32,000 nt of DNA, taken from Mycoplasma mycoides subsp. capri. Its GTDB lineage: Bacteria > Bacillota_I > Bacilli_A > Mycoplasmatales > Mycoplasmataceae. Position 1 is the first letter of the stretch; each line of letters opens with the position of its first letter. This document shows positions 1-13,300 of this stretch, one piece after another. The notes below the pieces were generated by a model. It ran no database searches and was not told the origin of the DNA. It saw only the letters and a program-made list of their open reading frames with translations. The DNA lies in NCBI RefSeq assembly GCF_018389705.1, contig NZ_CP065581.1, positions 630,001 through 662,000 of the forward strand, written 5' to 3'. A program made the translations under genes and the position numbers.

Positions 1-89
1 TTTTATAATATTCTAATAATAGCTTTTTTTTAGAAATGATTCCTTTTTCTAACATTTTTAAAATCATAAAATTCCTTTTAAGTGCTAAT

Positions 90-115
90 AAAAAGGTTGT
101 CAAGCAACCTTTTTT
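90..115 (-). terminator. Intrinsic terminator downstream of HU gene
   Basis: AAAGGTTG-TCAAG-CAACCTTTTTTT hairpin. On the minus strand it gives a T run after the HU stop. Confidence 0.75.
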
Positions 116-121
116 AAATTA

Positions 122-394
122 TTACATTAATGATTCTTTAAGTTGTTTTGCTGGTTTAAATCTTGCTGATCTAGAAGCTGGAATAACTATTTTTTCACCA
201 GTTGATGGGTTAACTCCTTCTCTAGATGCTCTTTCAGAAATAACAAATTTTCCAAATCCGGCAACTGATACTTCTTTTCCATCAATTAAATGTTTTGAAA
301 TTGTTTGAAAGATTCTATTAACAACTTTTTCTGCATCAACTTTAGAAATATTTTCATTAATAATGATTTCTTCGATTAATTCTTTTTTAGTCAT
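122..394 (-). CDS. hup: HU-family DNA-binding protein
   Basis: Complete 90-aa ORF with 'VSVAGFGKFVISERASREGVNPSTGEKIVIPASRSARFKPAKQLKE', the canonical HU/IHF signature. Confidence 0.96.
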   Translation of the reverse strand: MTKKELIEEIIINENISKVDAEKVVNRIFQTISKHLIDGKEVSVAGFGKFVISERASREGVNPSTGEKIVIPASRSARFKPAKQLKESLM

Positions 395-434
395 ATTAAA
401 TTATTTCTCTTTTCTACTTTTCAACTTAAACCAG

Positions 435-1415
435 TCAAACACCTTTAAATGAATGGTTTAAAAGCGCTATTGGTCTAATGTTATTATATAAAATTTTATA
501 TAGTGTGTTAATAAATTCATTGCTAATTTCATATTTAATACATAGTAAATAAGCAATTTTTACTACTTTAATTTTATTAATTGTTAGATTATTTTTAACT
601 AGTGCTTTATTAACATCATTAAGTTTTACAATATCAACACCTAACTTAAAATAAACTGAATCATTAGATAAAATATTTTCTATTAAATTAGCTAAAGTGG
701 CAAAATTTAAAAATGATTCTAATTTAGCATTATAATTTTTAGCAATTTGATAAATGAAATTAATTATGATTGTAATTAAACTAGCTTTAGCATTATTTCC
801 AGCATTAAGCTCATTTAAAATACCTAATGAAATATTAATTAAATCTTTAAAATAAACTACTAATTCACATGTAATTAGATCTAATGAAGGATAACTAAAA
901 AAATATTCATTTGAAAAAATATCTACTAATTGATTGGCTAAGTTTAAATTAGGTGAAACTATCATAGCTGTTGATGGTTTTTTTAAAATAATTTCACTGG
1001 CATTACTAGGTCCATACAAGCTGACATATTCTTTTAATAAATCAGTATTTATAAATTGCTTAATAATAAAATTTGATAATAAGTCTAAATTATTTTCATC
1101 AAATCCATTAACAGTATTTATTAAAATCACAGGTTTTTTTAAATACTTTTTAATTTGATTAATAATTGATTCAACTTGATCATTTAAACAAGCTAAAATT
1201 AAAATTTCAGCATTTTCTAAACTAGCAATTAAATCAGTTGTAGCAATGATTTTATTATTAATTTTTAATTGATTAAAAGTATGATTTAAATTAATATTAT
1301 TAACTATTAATTCATTTTCTGAATAAATGATTATATTATGATGATTATCAGCTAAAACATTACTTAATAAAACACCATAAAAACTAGACCCAATAATAGT
1401 GATATTTTTTTTCAT
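435..1415 (-). CDS. gpsA: NAD(P)-dependent glycerol-3-phosphate dehydrogenase
   Basis: 326-aa ORF 'MKKNITIIGSSFYGVLLSNVLADNHHNIIIYSEN...', N-terminal Rossmann fold, 'VSLYGPSNASEI'. Positioned immediately after der, as in other Mollicutes. Confidence 0.88.
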   Translation of the reverse strand: MKKNITIIGSSFYGVLLSNVLADNHHNIIIYSENELIVNNINLNHTFNQLKINNKIIATTDLIASLENAEILILACLNDQVESIINQIKKYLKKPVILINTVNGFDENNLDLLSNFIIKQFINTDLLKEYVSLYGPSNASEIILKKPSTAMIVSPNLNLANQLVDIFSNEYFFSYPSLDLITCELVVYFKDLINISLGILNELNAGNNAKASLITIIINFIYQIAKNYNAKLESFLNFATLANLIENILSNDSVYFKLGVDIVKLNDVNKALVKNNLTINKIKVVKIAYLLCIKYEISNEFINTLYKILYNNIRPIALLNHSFKGV

Positions 1416-1416
1416 A

Positions 1417-2724
1417 TTATTTTTTCTCTCTAAAAATTAAATTAATTGGAATACTATCAAGAGCAAAACTAAATCTAATTTGATTTTCTAAAAATCTTTT
1501 ATATGAAAAGTGTAAATAATTTGGATTATTACAAAATAAAACAAATGTTGGAATATAAGCTTCAACTTGACTAGCATAATAAATTTTTAATCTATTTCCA
1601 TTAAATTCAGGAGCTGGATTAATTAATTGAGCTTTATTTAATACTTCATTTAAAACATAAGTTTTAATTTTAATATCTAAATTTTGTTTAATTTCATCAA
1701 CTAGATCTAAAATTTTAGTAATTCTAGTTTTATCAAGTGCTGAAATAAAAATAATTTTTGCATAAGAAATATATTTAAAATATGCTCTAATTTTTTCTTC
1801 TTTTTTTAAAATTTCAGTTTCTTTATTTTTAATTAAATCTCATTTATTTACAACAATAATTACAGGTTTTTTTTCATCATAAATTAATCCACCAATATTA
1901 GTATCTTGATCTGTTATTGGTTTTGTTGCATCAATCATTAATAAAACAATATCAGCATTACTAATAGCTGATAATGATCTTAAATAACTATATTTTTCAA
2001 TAGTCTGACCTAGTTTTGATTTTTTTCTAATTCCTGCAGTATCAATTACTGTATACTTTTTTTTATTATAAGAAAATGAAATATCAACAGCATCTAAAGT
2101 AGTTCCTTCAATTTCACTAACTATCATTCTATTTTCATTAACTAAAGAATTTACTAAACTAGACTTTCCAACATTTGGTCTTCCAATAATTGCTATTTTT
2201 GTTGAATCATCTTTTATAATTTCTTCATTTTTTGAAATATAAGAAATTACTTTATCTAATAAATCTCCAACTCCAATTCCATGAGTTGAAGAAATAAAAT
2301 ACAAATCACTAAATCCTAAACTCATAAATTGATAATTATGATCATCAATAGTTTTTTTATCATATTTATTAACTGCTAAAATTACTGGTTTTTTTGATTT
2401 GTGTAAAATTTTTGCAATCATTTTGTCATCATTATCTAAATTGTTTAAAAAATCAACAACAAAAATAATAACATCAGCTTGTTCAATAGCAATTTGAGTT
2501 TGTAGTTTAATTTCATTTGAAAATAATTGATCAGATAAACTAATTCCTCCAGTATCAATTAAAATAAATTCTCTAGTTAATCATTCTGCACTACTATAAA
2601 TACGATCACGAGTAACACCAGGTTTATCATCAACTATTGATTTTTTTTCTTTAATAATTCTGTTAAATAAACTAGATTTTCCAACATTTGGTTTACCAAC
2701 AATTGCTACAACTTGTTTTTTCAT
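1417..2724 (-). CDS. der: Ribosome-associated GTPase Der (EngA), two G domains
   Basis: Reading TGA as Trp gives one 435-aa frame with two '[10 protein letters not shown]' P-loops ([24 protein letters not shown]) and C-terminus '[12 protein letters not shown]'. Confidence 0.95.
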
Positions 2725-2730
2725 TATTTT

Positions 2731-3393
2731 TTAACTTTCTAAACTTTTTATTTTATTTACAATCATTTCAACAGCTTGATTGATTGTTAAATAAGAATTA
2801 TCTATATATCAAGCATCATCTACTAATACTAAAGGTCCAATTAGTCTTGATTTATCTGTTTTATCTCTATTATATAAATCATTATAAATTTGTTTATATG
2901 ATTTGTCTAAAATATGGTTTTTAATATTTTGTTCAAAACGTCTTTTTGTTCTAATTTCAAGATCACAATCTAAAAAAATCTTTAAATCAGCATTAGGTAA
3001 AACTACACTTGTTATATCTCTTCCAACAACAATATAACCTTTATTTTTTACTAGTTGTTGTTGAGCTTTAACCATATAATCTCTAACTTGTTTAATAACT
3101 GTGATTTGATTAATTACATTTAAAATATCACTACTTATTAATTTATTAGTAACATTAATATCATTTACAAAAATCTGATCATCTTTGATTTGATAATTAA
3201 AACTATCTAATAAACTAATAATTTGATTTTGCTTTTTTAAATCAATATTTTTAAATAAACAATATCAAGTAAAAGCGCGATACATCAATCCAGTATCTAC
3301 AAATTGATAATTTAAAATTTCAGCAACTTTTTTACAAATCACTGATTTTCCACTACTACTTGTTCCATCTACAGCAACAATTAACTTTGACAT
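2731..3393 (-). CDS. cmk: (d)CMP kinase
   Basis: 220 aa with TGA=Trp: '[44 protein letters not shown]...[21 protein letters not shown]'. Confidence 0.94.
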
Positions 3394-3401
3394 ACTTTCT
3401 C

Positions 3402-4097
3402 CTATAAAACAATAAATAACAATAATGAAAAAATCATAATAGCTATAAAAATAGAGATTCAAATTAAAAATCAATTCTTTTTAATTTGATACATTTGTTT
3501 TTTTCTTTCTAATTCAAAAATCTTTTTTAAATTTTCACTTTTAGTTTTTTTAATTAAATCAGTTATTAAAACTTGTTTTAAATCATTATTATTTTGAACT
3601 TGTTTTAAATCATTTTGTTCAAAATCAACTTTTGTTAGATTAGTAAAATCATTATTAATAATTTTTGATGATTCAAAACTCTGACTAGTTGTTTTTTTAT
3701 GAAATTCTATATCTTTAGTCATATTTAATAAGTTAACAAAATGAAATTTTTGTTCATCTAAAACTATAAAATCAGAATAGTTTTTTAAATCAACTAAATC
3801 ATTAGTAGAAATATTTTTTAATAAATTAATTTGTTTATCAATATTGTTTAAAAGCTCTTGGTTAATAGTTTGACTAATTTTAGTTTTTGCTAAATAAAAA
3901 CTTCCTTTTTCAAATTCATCATAAAGATTAGTAAAACTATTAGTAAAATATTTTTCATCTAATTTAGTTAAAACATTTAAACTGTTATTAATAAATTTAG
4001 TATAGTTACCTAAACTTTTAGCACTTTTTATTTGCTGATTTACTAAATCAATTTCTTTATTAAATAATTGATTTCTAGAAGTATATTCTTTATTCAT
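3402..4097 (-). CDS. Hypothetical Asn/Lys-rich protein with C-terminal transmembrane anchor
   Basis: The track ORF ends at a TGA. Read as Trp, it continues '[18 protein letters not shown]..' to a TAG at 3402, giving a C-terminal hydrophobic segment. Confidence 0.65.
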
Positions 4098-4143
4098 AAA
4101 ACACCTATTACTAAGTTATATTTTATAATAAACAAACATAATA

Positions 4144-4165
4144 AAAAATGCCAACGGCATTTTTA
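4144..4165 (-). terminator. Intrinsic terminator
   Basis: AAAAATGCC-AAC-GGCATTTTT inverted repeat overlapping the stop codon of the 4163..5053 gene. Confidence 0.7.
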
Positions 4166-5053
4166 TTTGTATCTATGATTAATTGGTCTCATTTTTCATT
4201 CAACTAAAATAAATAATAATAAAGCAATAGCATATCTTAAAACATTTCAACCAAACACAGCAATAACAATAAACATATTAACTTTATTAAAAGTTAACAT
4301 ATTATCATCATGAACATGACCATGATCATGACCAGCATGGAAAAATAATTGCGAATTATTTGAAACTATGCTTGTATTATTTGTTTTTGAATCTATATAT
4401 AAAGCTAAAATAAATCCTAAAGTTGAAACAATAGCAACTAATACACTCATAATTGGCAGTGGCGTTCATCTTTTAAATCTAGCTACATTTTTATTAGTAT
4501 CGTGATGAATTGGTGAATTACTAAACATTACATTAAATATTAAGAACACAATTCAAACAATAAAAACATTAATAACAGCTTCAATTGGTGGTTGTATTCA
4601 ACCATGTTCCATTCCATGAATAAAGTTATGTAAAATTGGAGCTAAAAATCCTAATAAACTAGCAAAAATTGGTCCTAAAGTAGCTATTGAAATGCACACA
4701 ACTGAAATATCTAAAAATCTAGATTGAATTCATACTTGATCACTTACAGGAATTTTAATTGACTCTAATAATATATCAAGTGCACTAACTGAAGCAGTTA
4801 AAGCTAAAAAAATACCAGTTAATGCAATTTTAAATATTAATTTTCTTTTGTTAAATTGAAAAACAGTTTTTAGTTCAAATTTTTGATTCTGAATATCATC
4901 ATGATTTCCAAATTGGTCAAAATGATGTATTCCGTGATAGTGATCTTTGTTTTTATGATTTTCATCTTCATGTTCAATATGTGTTTCTAGATCTTTATCA
5001 ACATTGCAAACTACATCATTTAATTGTTCTTTTAATGACTTACTTTCTTTCAT
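4163..5053 (-). CDS. Polytopic membrane protein resembling an ECF transporter substrate-binding (S) component, with His-rich segments
   Basis: 296 aa with TGA=Trp. 'FKIALTGIFLALTASVSALDILLESIKIPV' and 'FLDISVVCISIATLGPIFASLLGFLAPILHNFIHG' resemble ECF S components. Two His/Asp-rich stretches. Confidence 0.6.
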
Positions 5054-5191
5054 AATAGCCTTTCATTTATATAATAAATATTATACCAATAATATCTTAT
5101 TTATAAAATTTATAAATAATTAAATATCAGTTTATTTGAAAATATTTATTATAAAATAAATAATAAGTAATTAAAAAAGCGAGGTTTTATA

Positions 5192-5752
5192 ATGAAAAAT
5201 AATGTAATTAGTATGGTAGTTGAAATCCCAAAAGGTTCATCTAACAAATATGAAGTTGATGAAAAAACAAAAAGAATCAAACTAGATCGTGTTTTATATG
5301 GAGCTAATTTTTATCCAGGAGAATATGGAATGATTGAAAACACTCTAGATTGAGATGGAGATCCATTAGATGTAATTTCATTATGTACTTATCCAACACT
5401 ACCAGGAGTTGAAGTTAATGTTAGAATTTTAGGTTCAATTAAAATGGTTGATGCTGGAGAAGTTGATACTAAATTATTTGGTGTATTTAATGATGATCCA
5501 AGATTTAAAGAATACAAAACATTAAATGACGTACCAAAACACTACAGAGATGAAATTGAAAACTTTTTCTTACAATATAAAGCTTTACAAAACAAAGTTG
5601 TAAAAATTAATGGTTGAGGAACTTTAGAAGAAGCTTTAGAAGAACTTGAAGAATGTAAAGCTAGATTTGAAGAATACAAAGATCGTTTAGCTAAAGGACA
5701 AAAAGATGAAATTTTAGCTGAATGAAAAGAAAAAGGTTTAGGTCAAGCCTAA
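5192..5752 (+). CDS. ppa: Inorganic pyrophosphatase
   Basis: Translates (TGA=Trp) as 'MKNNVISMVVEIPKGSSNKYEVDEKTKRIKLDRVLYGANFYPGEYGMIENTLDWDGDPLDVISLCTYPTLPGVEV...FNDDPRF', a typical soluble PPase. AGCGAGG precedes the start. Confidence 0.96.
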
Positions 5753-5779
5753 ATAATTTAATAAACTTGAAAAAATAAT

Positions 5780-5808
5780 AATGGATTACTTATAGTAATC
5801 CATTTTTT
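5780..5808 (+). terminator. Intrinsic terminator of ppa
   Basis: AATGGATTAC-TTATA-GTAATCCATTTTTTT. Confidence 0.85.
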
Positions 5809-5817
5809 TAACTAAAA

Positions 5818-5841
5818 AAATACTCCTAAAAAGGAGTATTA
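5818..5841 (-). terminator. Intrinsic terminator of the minus-strand operon
   Basis: AATACTCC-TAAAA-AGGAGTATT preceded on the plus strand by an A run (T run on the minus strand). Confidence 0.8.
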
Positions 5842-5857
5842 TAGAAGTTATATTAAA

Positions 5858-6553
5858 TTATTTTTTAATTTGATCATCAATACTATCAATTTGTTTATCA
5901 ATCATAATATTAATGTTAGCTAATTCACTAATTTTATTATTTAAACTAATTATTTGGTTATTTTTATCAATTAATGCATCTTTAATATGATTAATTTTTT
6001 GTTCAAGTGATTGAGAATTTCAATCAACAAATTTTAAATCATTTCTTGCTAAAAGATTAACAAATTCTTCATTATTAATTTTTAAAAGTTCTTGTTCATA
6101 GTAATTAAGTGCTAAAGTTTTTTCTAAATTATCTTTTAAATAAGATTCAACTCCATTATAAATAGCATTTAAAATTTCACTAATTTTTTCAATTACAAAT
6201 TTAGCTTTTAACCCAGATTGTAAGTTAATCACGTTTTTATATTCATCTAAATACTCAATATTTGGAGTATCAATTGGTTGAATTTCTCCGTTTTGATCTT
6301 CACTAAGTTCATTTGTATTTAAACTAGCTTCTTTAAATCTTTTTGATTTTTTATCATAAAAAGCTAAATAATAAGTAGTTGATTTAGCTTCTTGAAAAGA
6401 ATTAGTTGAGCTTTCTACATGATATTTAGTTAATTTTTTTAATTGATTATTAAAAATATTTTGTAGTTCATTAACATTATCTTGAGCATCAGAAATAACT
6501 GTTTTTACTTTTTTTAAAGTTTCATTAACTTTTCTTTCTAATAAAGGATTCAT
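5858..6553 (-). CDS. Hypothetical protein, coiled-coil rich
   Basis: 231 aa with TGA=Trp. Helical, Lys/Glu/Asn-rich sequence. No recognised domain. Confidence 0.75.
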
Positions 6554-6632
6554 AATTAACCTCCTTTAGATCATTTTTATTTGTAAAATATTTTATTTTT
6601 GATTTTTATTATTTATTTGTAGTTGGTTGTGT

Positions 6633-8846
6633 TTAATCGCTTGTATTTGAATTGTTCTCTGAATTATCTGATGCATTGTTATTTTGTTGATCATTATTAG
6701 TTGGAGTATTATCATCTACTCGACCTATTAATGTAACAGTTTGTAAACTATTATAAGTAAAGTCTTTAGCTTTAAATCTAAAGTTTAATAAATCTGTTAA
6801 AAGACCAAAATCTAAATCGGCATTACGTGTTGAAACAATTGAAATACCTTTAGAAAAATCAACTACTTTATCAAATCCTTCGTTATATGTAGTTTGAAAA
6901 TCTTTGTTTTTATAGAATAATGATTGATAATGATTACCTAAATTTTGATAAATACTAAACTTTTTAACTCCTAACATATTAGAAGTTAAATACTGGTCTT
7001 TTAACCTTTTAGCATCAGCACTAAAATCTAAACTATAAAAACTAGTTGGATCTGTTATTTCGTTACTATTATTTAGGTATTTTTCTCATTCAGATCAAAT
7101 GTTAAAATCTTTATCTTCAAAATCTTCTAAATTACTTGGTTTTCCTGTCATATTGAATAGGTTTTTTCTTTGTGAATAATGAATTTCAGTTTTAACATCT
7201 TTATCTGTTGTGTATGGGAAATTAGGATTTGCTTTTCTAATTCCATAAAATTTATGAAATTCTTCTAACATAATTTCAATACCTTTATAATATGCATCAA
7301 ACATATTAGATTTTTTATAACCTTCATATTTTAGTTTTTCTTTGTTGTCAAAATCTATATTTCTATCATTTTGATCAATTTGTACTACATAATTAAAATT
7401 AATGTTTCCTAGATCATGAATATATCCACTTTTTAGTTTTAATTGTAAACCTTTTAATTCAAAACTTTCAATTGCAGTTGCTGATTTAAATAGATTTTTT
7501 AAAAGATCGTCTCTATCAAATTTTTTACTAAATTCAGATATATCTTTTTCATCTAAAAATTCAAATTTTGAATAAATATCAGTTAGTTTTTGTTTAATTA
7601 CTTCTTTAAAACTAGTTAATTTATTTACTCAAGGTTCAATTAGATCTTGAACTAAATTCATATCTCCCTGTTTTGTAGTAATTAAATCTAGTTTTTGATT
7701 TTTATTAACTTCACCAAAATATAGATGCAATAATTTGTATGCCTCTTCTTTTAAAGAGCCACCATCTTGATTATTATAATTTCTTTCTAAAGGACCAATT
7801 TTTAATTCTGTTTTAATTCTATCAACATCAGTTTTTTGCTCTGGATCTTTATATGAAATTTCTAAATTCTTAACTACTTGATTTTTATTGTTTTTTATTA
7901 ATTTTTCTGAAATTTCATCTTTGATTTTATCGGCTAATTTTTGACTATAAAGATATGTTGCATTTTTATAATTATAGCTAGTTGCTGTTAGTAAATCTTG
8001 AGCAGTTAAAGATTCGTGTTCATTTAATAATTTTTTTAATTCTTTAAAATCAACTGTTAAAAGATCTTTATTATTAAATAGTGAATTAGATCAAAATTTC
8101 TGAATATTATGAACTAATTCAATAACAGCATTTTCACTAGAAATATTAATTATAAAATCATTTGAAATAATTTCTCTTTTAGTTTGTCCATGACCATCTT
8201 TATATTGATAATTAAAGTCTAATCCAATTTTAATAGTTGAATTAAATGAACCATTATCTTCTTCTAAAAATTTCATTTTAGAATTATCTAATCTAAACTT
8301 AAATCCTACAACTAAATTGTTATTAAAATTATCTAATAGAATTCTATATTTATCAATTCCTGTTTTTTTTACTTGTTCTAAAAACAACCTTTTAGCACTA
8401 TGAATACCTAAAACAGTTTCTAAAGTTTTTTGAAATTCTTCTTTTCTTCTATTTGTAAGATTAGAATAAAAACTATGATATCCATCTTTATCTTCATTTG
8501 GATCTCTTTCGCTTACAAGTTGCCTAATACTTTCTTTTGAAAAAAAGCTTTGATTCTCATCTAGATCTTTTGATAAAATAGCTGTTCTTGAAACAATATA
8601 AGGTCTTACAGCCTCATTATAAGCATCTCTCATTTGACTATTAAAACTCTTAATTAAGTCAAGTATTGATTTATTTCTATCACTACTATCAGGTTTAGTA
8701 GTTGGATCAGGTTTAGTGTTTGAATCAGGTTTAGTATTTGAATCGGGTTTTTTGTCTTCTGATTTATCTCTAATACATGCAACAACTGGACTTGCAGCTA
8801 GTGTTATAAAACTAGAAAGTGTTAATAATTTTAGTAGTTTATTCAT
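6633..8846 (-). CDS. Large surface lipoprotein
   Basis: 737-aa frame (TGA=Trp, including 7095..7304 and 8091..8846 fragments in the same frame). 'MNKLLKLLTLSSFITLAASPVVAC' lipobox followed by a PDSNTKPDSNTKPDPTTKPDSS repeat. Confidence 0.88.
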
Positions 8847-8970
8847 TTTTTATCCTTTCTTTTTTAGATTTTTTTATTGTTGAAAATCTAATTATTCTAA
8901 GGTTTTAATTCTTTTTTAAAATGTGATTGACTGCTATTTTTAAATGTACTAAAAGTTTTTATTATAGTTA

Positions 8971-10371
8971 TTATCATTGATTAGTTAAATTATTGATCAT
9001 TAGTAATTTTGTTTGCTTTTGTTCTTCTATGTTTTTAAGAATTTGATGAATATTTTTTATATCTTGTTCAAATTTATTTAATGAATTATTAAATTTATCT
9101 AATTCAACTTTAAAAATACTTCCATTATTTATCGCATCATTAAAATCATCAAACGCTTCTTGTACTGATTCAAAGCTTTTTTTAGTCTCAATTGTTTGTT
9201 TTTTTAATAATGATATTTTTTGATATGAATTATTAAAAAAGGTTTTTAATGCATTTATTTTTACTGTATTAATTTTTTTAATATCAAATTGATCGAGATC
9301 TAATTTGAAATTTTCAAATTCTTTTTTTAGGTCTTCTATTTTTTGTTTTAAATTATCTAGTTCACTAATTTTAGTATCAATAACTATATTTACATCTTTA
9401 ATATCTTTAAGTATTACTTTAATTTCTTTTAATTGATTTTGACTATCTAATAAGCTGTTATTTATTGTTAGTAACTTTTCTTTAGCACTACTAGAAAAGC
9501 TTTTTATAACATTTAATTGATCTATATTAAAATTTGTAGAATCTAGGTTTTGGATTCTATCATAAAGTTGTTTTAAGTCTAATTCAAACTTAACTAAATT
9601 ATCATTAGCTGGTGTTATTTTTGTTTGAGCGTTTTTAACAATTTGTTTTAAATTATCTAGTTCTTTTTTAATAACGTTTGTATATTCTATTTTTTGAATT
9701 ATGTTTTTAAGTTCATTTAGTTGTTTTTCTAAATTAGTTAATCCTACTTTAGCTCTTTGGATTTGTTCTTTTGTAAAAATTGTTTCTTTTATATCATTAA
9801 TAGTTTTTAAAAGATGTTTTAATTCATTTAAAACATTTTCTATATTTAAAGTTATAAGTAACACATTATTCTTTATTATTTTAATTTCTTTTTTTAATTC
9901 TTCTAACTCTTTTTTATTAAGTTGTTCATTATTTGATTGATCTAGTGTTTGTTTAACTAGTTGATAATCTTTTGTACTTTTATTTATAGTTTGTAAAAAA
10001 GAGTTTGTTTTTGTTTTTATTGTTTGTAAGTTTTCATTTAATTTAGCTAATTGATCTTTTTTAATATCACTATTAGTTAATCTATTAAGTTCATTTTCAA
10101 TATTATAAATATCAATTTGAATTTCTTTTAAGTTCTTAGTTGAGGTTTTTATATTATTATCTATTGTTATTAATTCATTTTTTAGTTTTAAAAGTATTTC
10201 TTTATTTTCATTAAAAACATTATTAGGATGTAATTGTTCATTATTTGATGAACTGTTATTAGAGTTAGTGTTATTATTAGGACTTTGATTTGTGTTATTA
10301 CAAGATAAAACTAAAAAAGAAATAACTGGTGTAAAACTAATAATAGATAATAATTTTAATAAACTTTTCAT
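8971..10371 (-). CDS. Lipoprotein with long coiled-coil ectodomain
   Basis: 'MKSLLKLLSIISFTPVISFLVLSC' lipobox, Asn/Ser linker, then ~400 aa of heptad-like Leu/Ile/Lys/Glu repeats. Confidence 0.85.
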
Positions 10372-10399
10372 TGTATTCCTTTCTTTAGTTAAATAGGTT

Positions 10400-13300
10400 T
10401 TAAAAATCTCTTTTTTTGAATTTTAAAAAAGCTATTAAAAAACTAAAAATATTTATTATAAGTAAAATAATTAAATACAATTCAGGTTTAGTATAGTTGT
10501 TAATTGTGTTGGGGTTAATAATATTATTGTTTAAAAGTTCGAGATCATATTCTAAATAACCTAAAAATAAGTTTTTTTGATTTTCTAAGTTTATATATGA
10601 ATCTGAAGCTGGACTAAATCAAATCTCATTATAATAAAACCCTAAATTACTAGTATAAAAAGTCCATAACCCATTATATAAGTTCAAATATGAAAAATAT
10701 CTCATTTTTTTTCTAGTATTAAAATAAGCTGATCAATCTGATTGATCTTTTAAAACAGAACTAGTAGATAACATAATATAACTACTAGAATATCTAATAA
10801 AATAATTTTCAAGTATTCTTGCTATATACATTAGATTAAAGTTTAGTTTATTTATTAGATTTTTAGAATTAAAGAACTTAAAACCATCACTATTAAAACC
10901 TAGTAATTCATATTCATAAATACTTTTTATATCATCTTTAGTAAGGTTGTATTTTTCTGAATTTAAATCATTAGTTTTGATTAAATAATTACTATTTTTT
11001 AAATTATCTAAAAACAAGAAATCATAAAGTAAATCATATTTACTAGTTTGTAGATCAGTTTTAAAAAAACTATTTATTTCATTAGAAAAATTTTTAAAAT
11101 CAATTAGAATTCTTTTTTTATTAATATCAGTTGTTTGATCAATTAATAAGTTTAATTGTTGATTAGAAATAAAAGTATTATTTAATACTAGTTGTAAGTT
11201 AAATAAATCGTTTTTATTTCATTTATTTAAAATCTTGTTATTTTCTTGTGGTTTTGAAAATAACTTTAAATTGTTTTCTTTAATAATTACTTTTTGATCA
11301 TTAACAAGACCAAGATCTTTTCATATTTTAATTCTTAAATCAATATTATTTGGATTAGAAAATTGATCTTTTAAAAATTTATTATTTATAAAATATGAAT
11401 AAATATATTTAGATAAGTAAGGATATTTAATTTGAGAATTTAAAATGTTTTCATTTAGTGTAAATGTATCATAAATATCAGTTAGTTTAAAAATTTCAAC
11501 TTTGTTATTTTTATCTAAAAACTGAATGTTATAACTTTTTTCATTAGCTTTAACAAATGACAATGGTATATTTGCTACAAAACATAAACTAACTAGTAGA
11601 GTACAAATTATAGTTGTAGTTTGTAAAGAAAAAAGAAACATTAACATACTTATAAAATTAATTAGACAAAATGAGGCAAACAAATTGTATAAAAAATATA
11701 CTAATGTCATTTTTAAAATAAAACTATCGTATTTAAAACTATTAAAAATACTATAGACTAAATTGATAAAAACAAAACTTAAAAATATATTTATTAAAAT
11801 AATTAAATTAATTAAAAAGTATTGTGAGAAAAAAAACTTAGTTCTACTGACTTGGTTTGTTAAAACAATATAAGTAGTTTTATCTTCTAAATTTTTATTA
11901 TAAAAAAATTGAATCATTTTTAAAATAAGGACAAATAATAAACAGCAAGTAAAAAATAAGATGTAAAAATTAAAGATAATCACTTGTTTTTCTCCACTTT
12001 TTAAAAAACCAAGTAAGATTCCAATTAGAATTGAAGCTAAAATATTTAAAATGTTTAAAATAGAAAATAAACGTTCTTTAATAAGATTTTTTAAACAAAA
12101 TTTAATCAGTTTTCTAAAAGGAATTTTTTTATATTTAATTAAGTTTAAAGAATCATCAAGTTTTTTAGAATTTTTGACTTTTTTAGGCATTTTTAAAAGA
12201 TTAGATTATTTAACTAGTTTTTCTAAGAACAATAATTCACGTAGTTTATTTTGTTCTTCTTTAATTTCTTGTTTAAGTCTGTTTAATTCTAAAACACTTT
12301 CTTTTTCTTTTAATTTGTTATCAAAACTTTCTAGTTTTTGATCAAGCATTTTTTCAAAGTGCAATTCTTTTTTAAATTGTTCTAAATCTTGATGATAAGC
12401 TGAAATTTCAGATTTTAATTGATTTAATTCATAGTTATTTACTAAATCAGATTGATTAGAATAATTATGATTAATTTGAGTTTTTAAAATGTTAATTTGA
12501 TTTTTTAAATCTAAATATTGATCAGTTAAATCAGAATCACTTAAATGAGTTTTTGATTTATTATTACAAGGATCATTCATATTTTTTGATTGTATAAAAA
12601 GTGTTTGTTCGATTTTATTAACTTGATTTTTAATAAAATCCTTTAATTCTAAAATTTCTTTTAAGTTTTTTTCAGAGTTATTAAATGTGTTATTTTGTTG
12701 ATTTAATAGATCAACTTTTTTTAAAAAATCTGTTTTGATTTGTAAAATATCATTAATTTGAGCTTTTAAATCATCTAAAAGTATTTGATAAGTATCTAAA
12801 TCATTTTGATTAACTTGTTGTTTTAAGTTTTTGATTTCATCAAATATATGTAAAAATGTTTTTTCTAAATTATTATTAAGTAGATTATTATTATTATTAT
12901 TATTATTATTATTTAATATCTCAACTTCATAATTAGTTGAAGCTGAATCACGCAAGTTAGTTATATTAGAAATATTATTTATAGTTTTATTTAAACTTAA
13001 TGTATTGTTATAATCTAAATTCTCATTTAAAGAATCTAGTGAGTTTTTTTGATATTTAACATTTATAGTGTTTTTATCTTCTAAAGCTTTTTTTATCATA
13101 TCAATATCAATTGATAGACTTTCAATACTTTTTATAAAAAAGTCATGTTTTTTTAAAAGATCTAAAACATCACTAAAAGTTTGAAATTCTTTTAAACCAA
13201 CTACTAAAGAATTCTGATCATAATTGATATTAAAAGTTAAAATATCGTTTTTGTTTAAAATTTGTTCTACATGTTGTAGTGAAATATTATTTTTAAATGT

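Noticed and set aside
36-308. Plus-strand ORF of 90 aa opposite HU
   Set aside because: Antisense mirror of a well-supported gene. Sequence has no coherent protein character.
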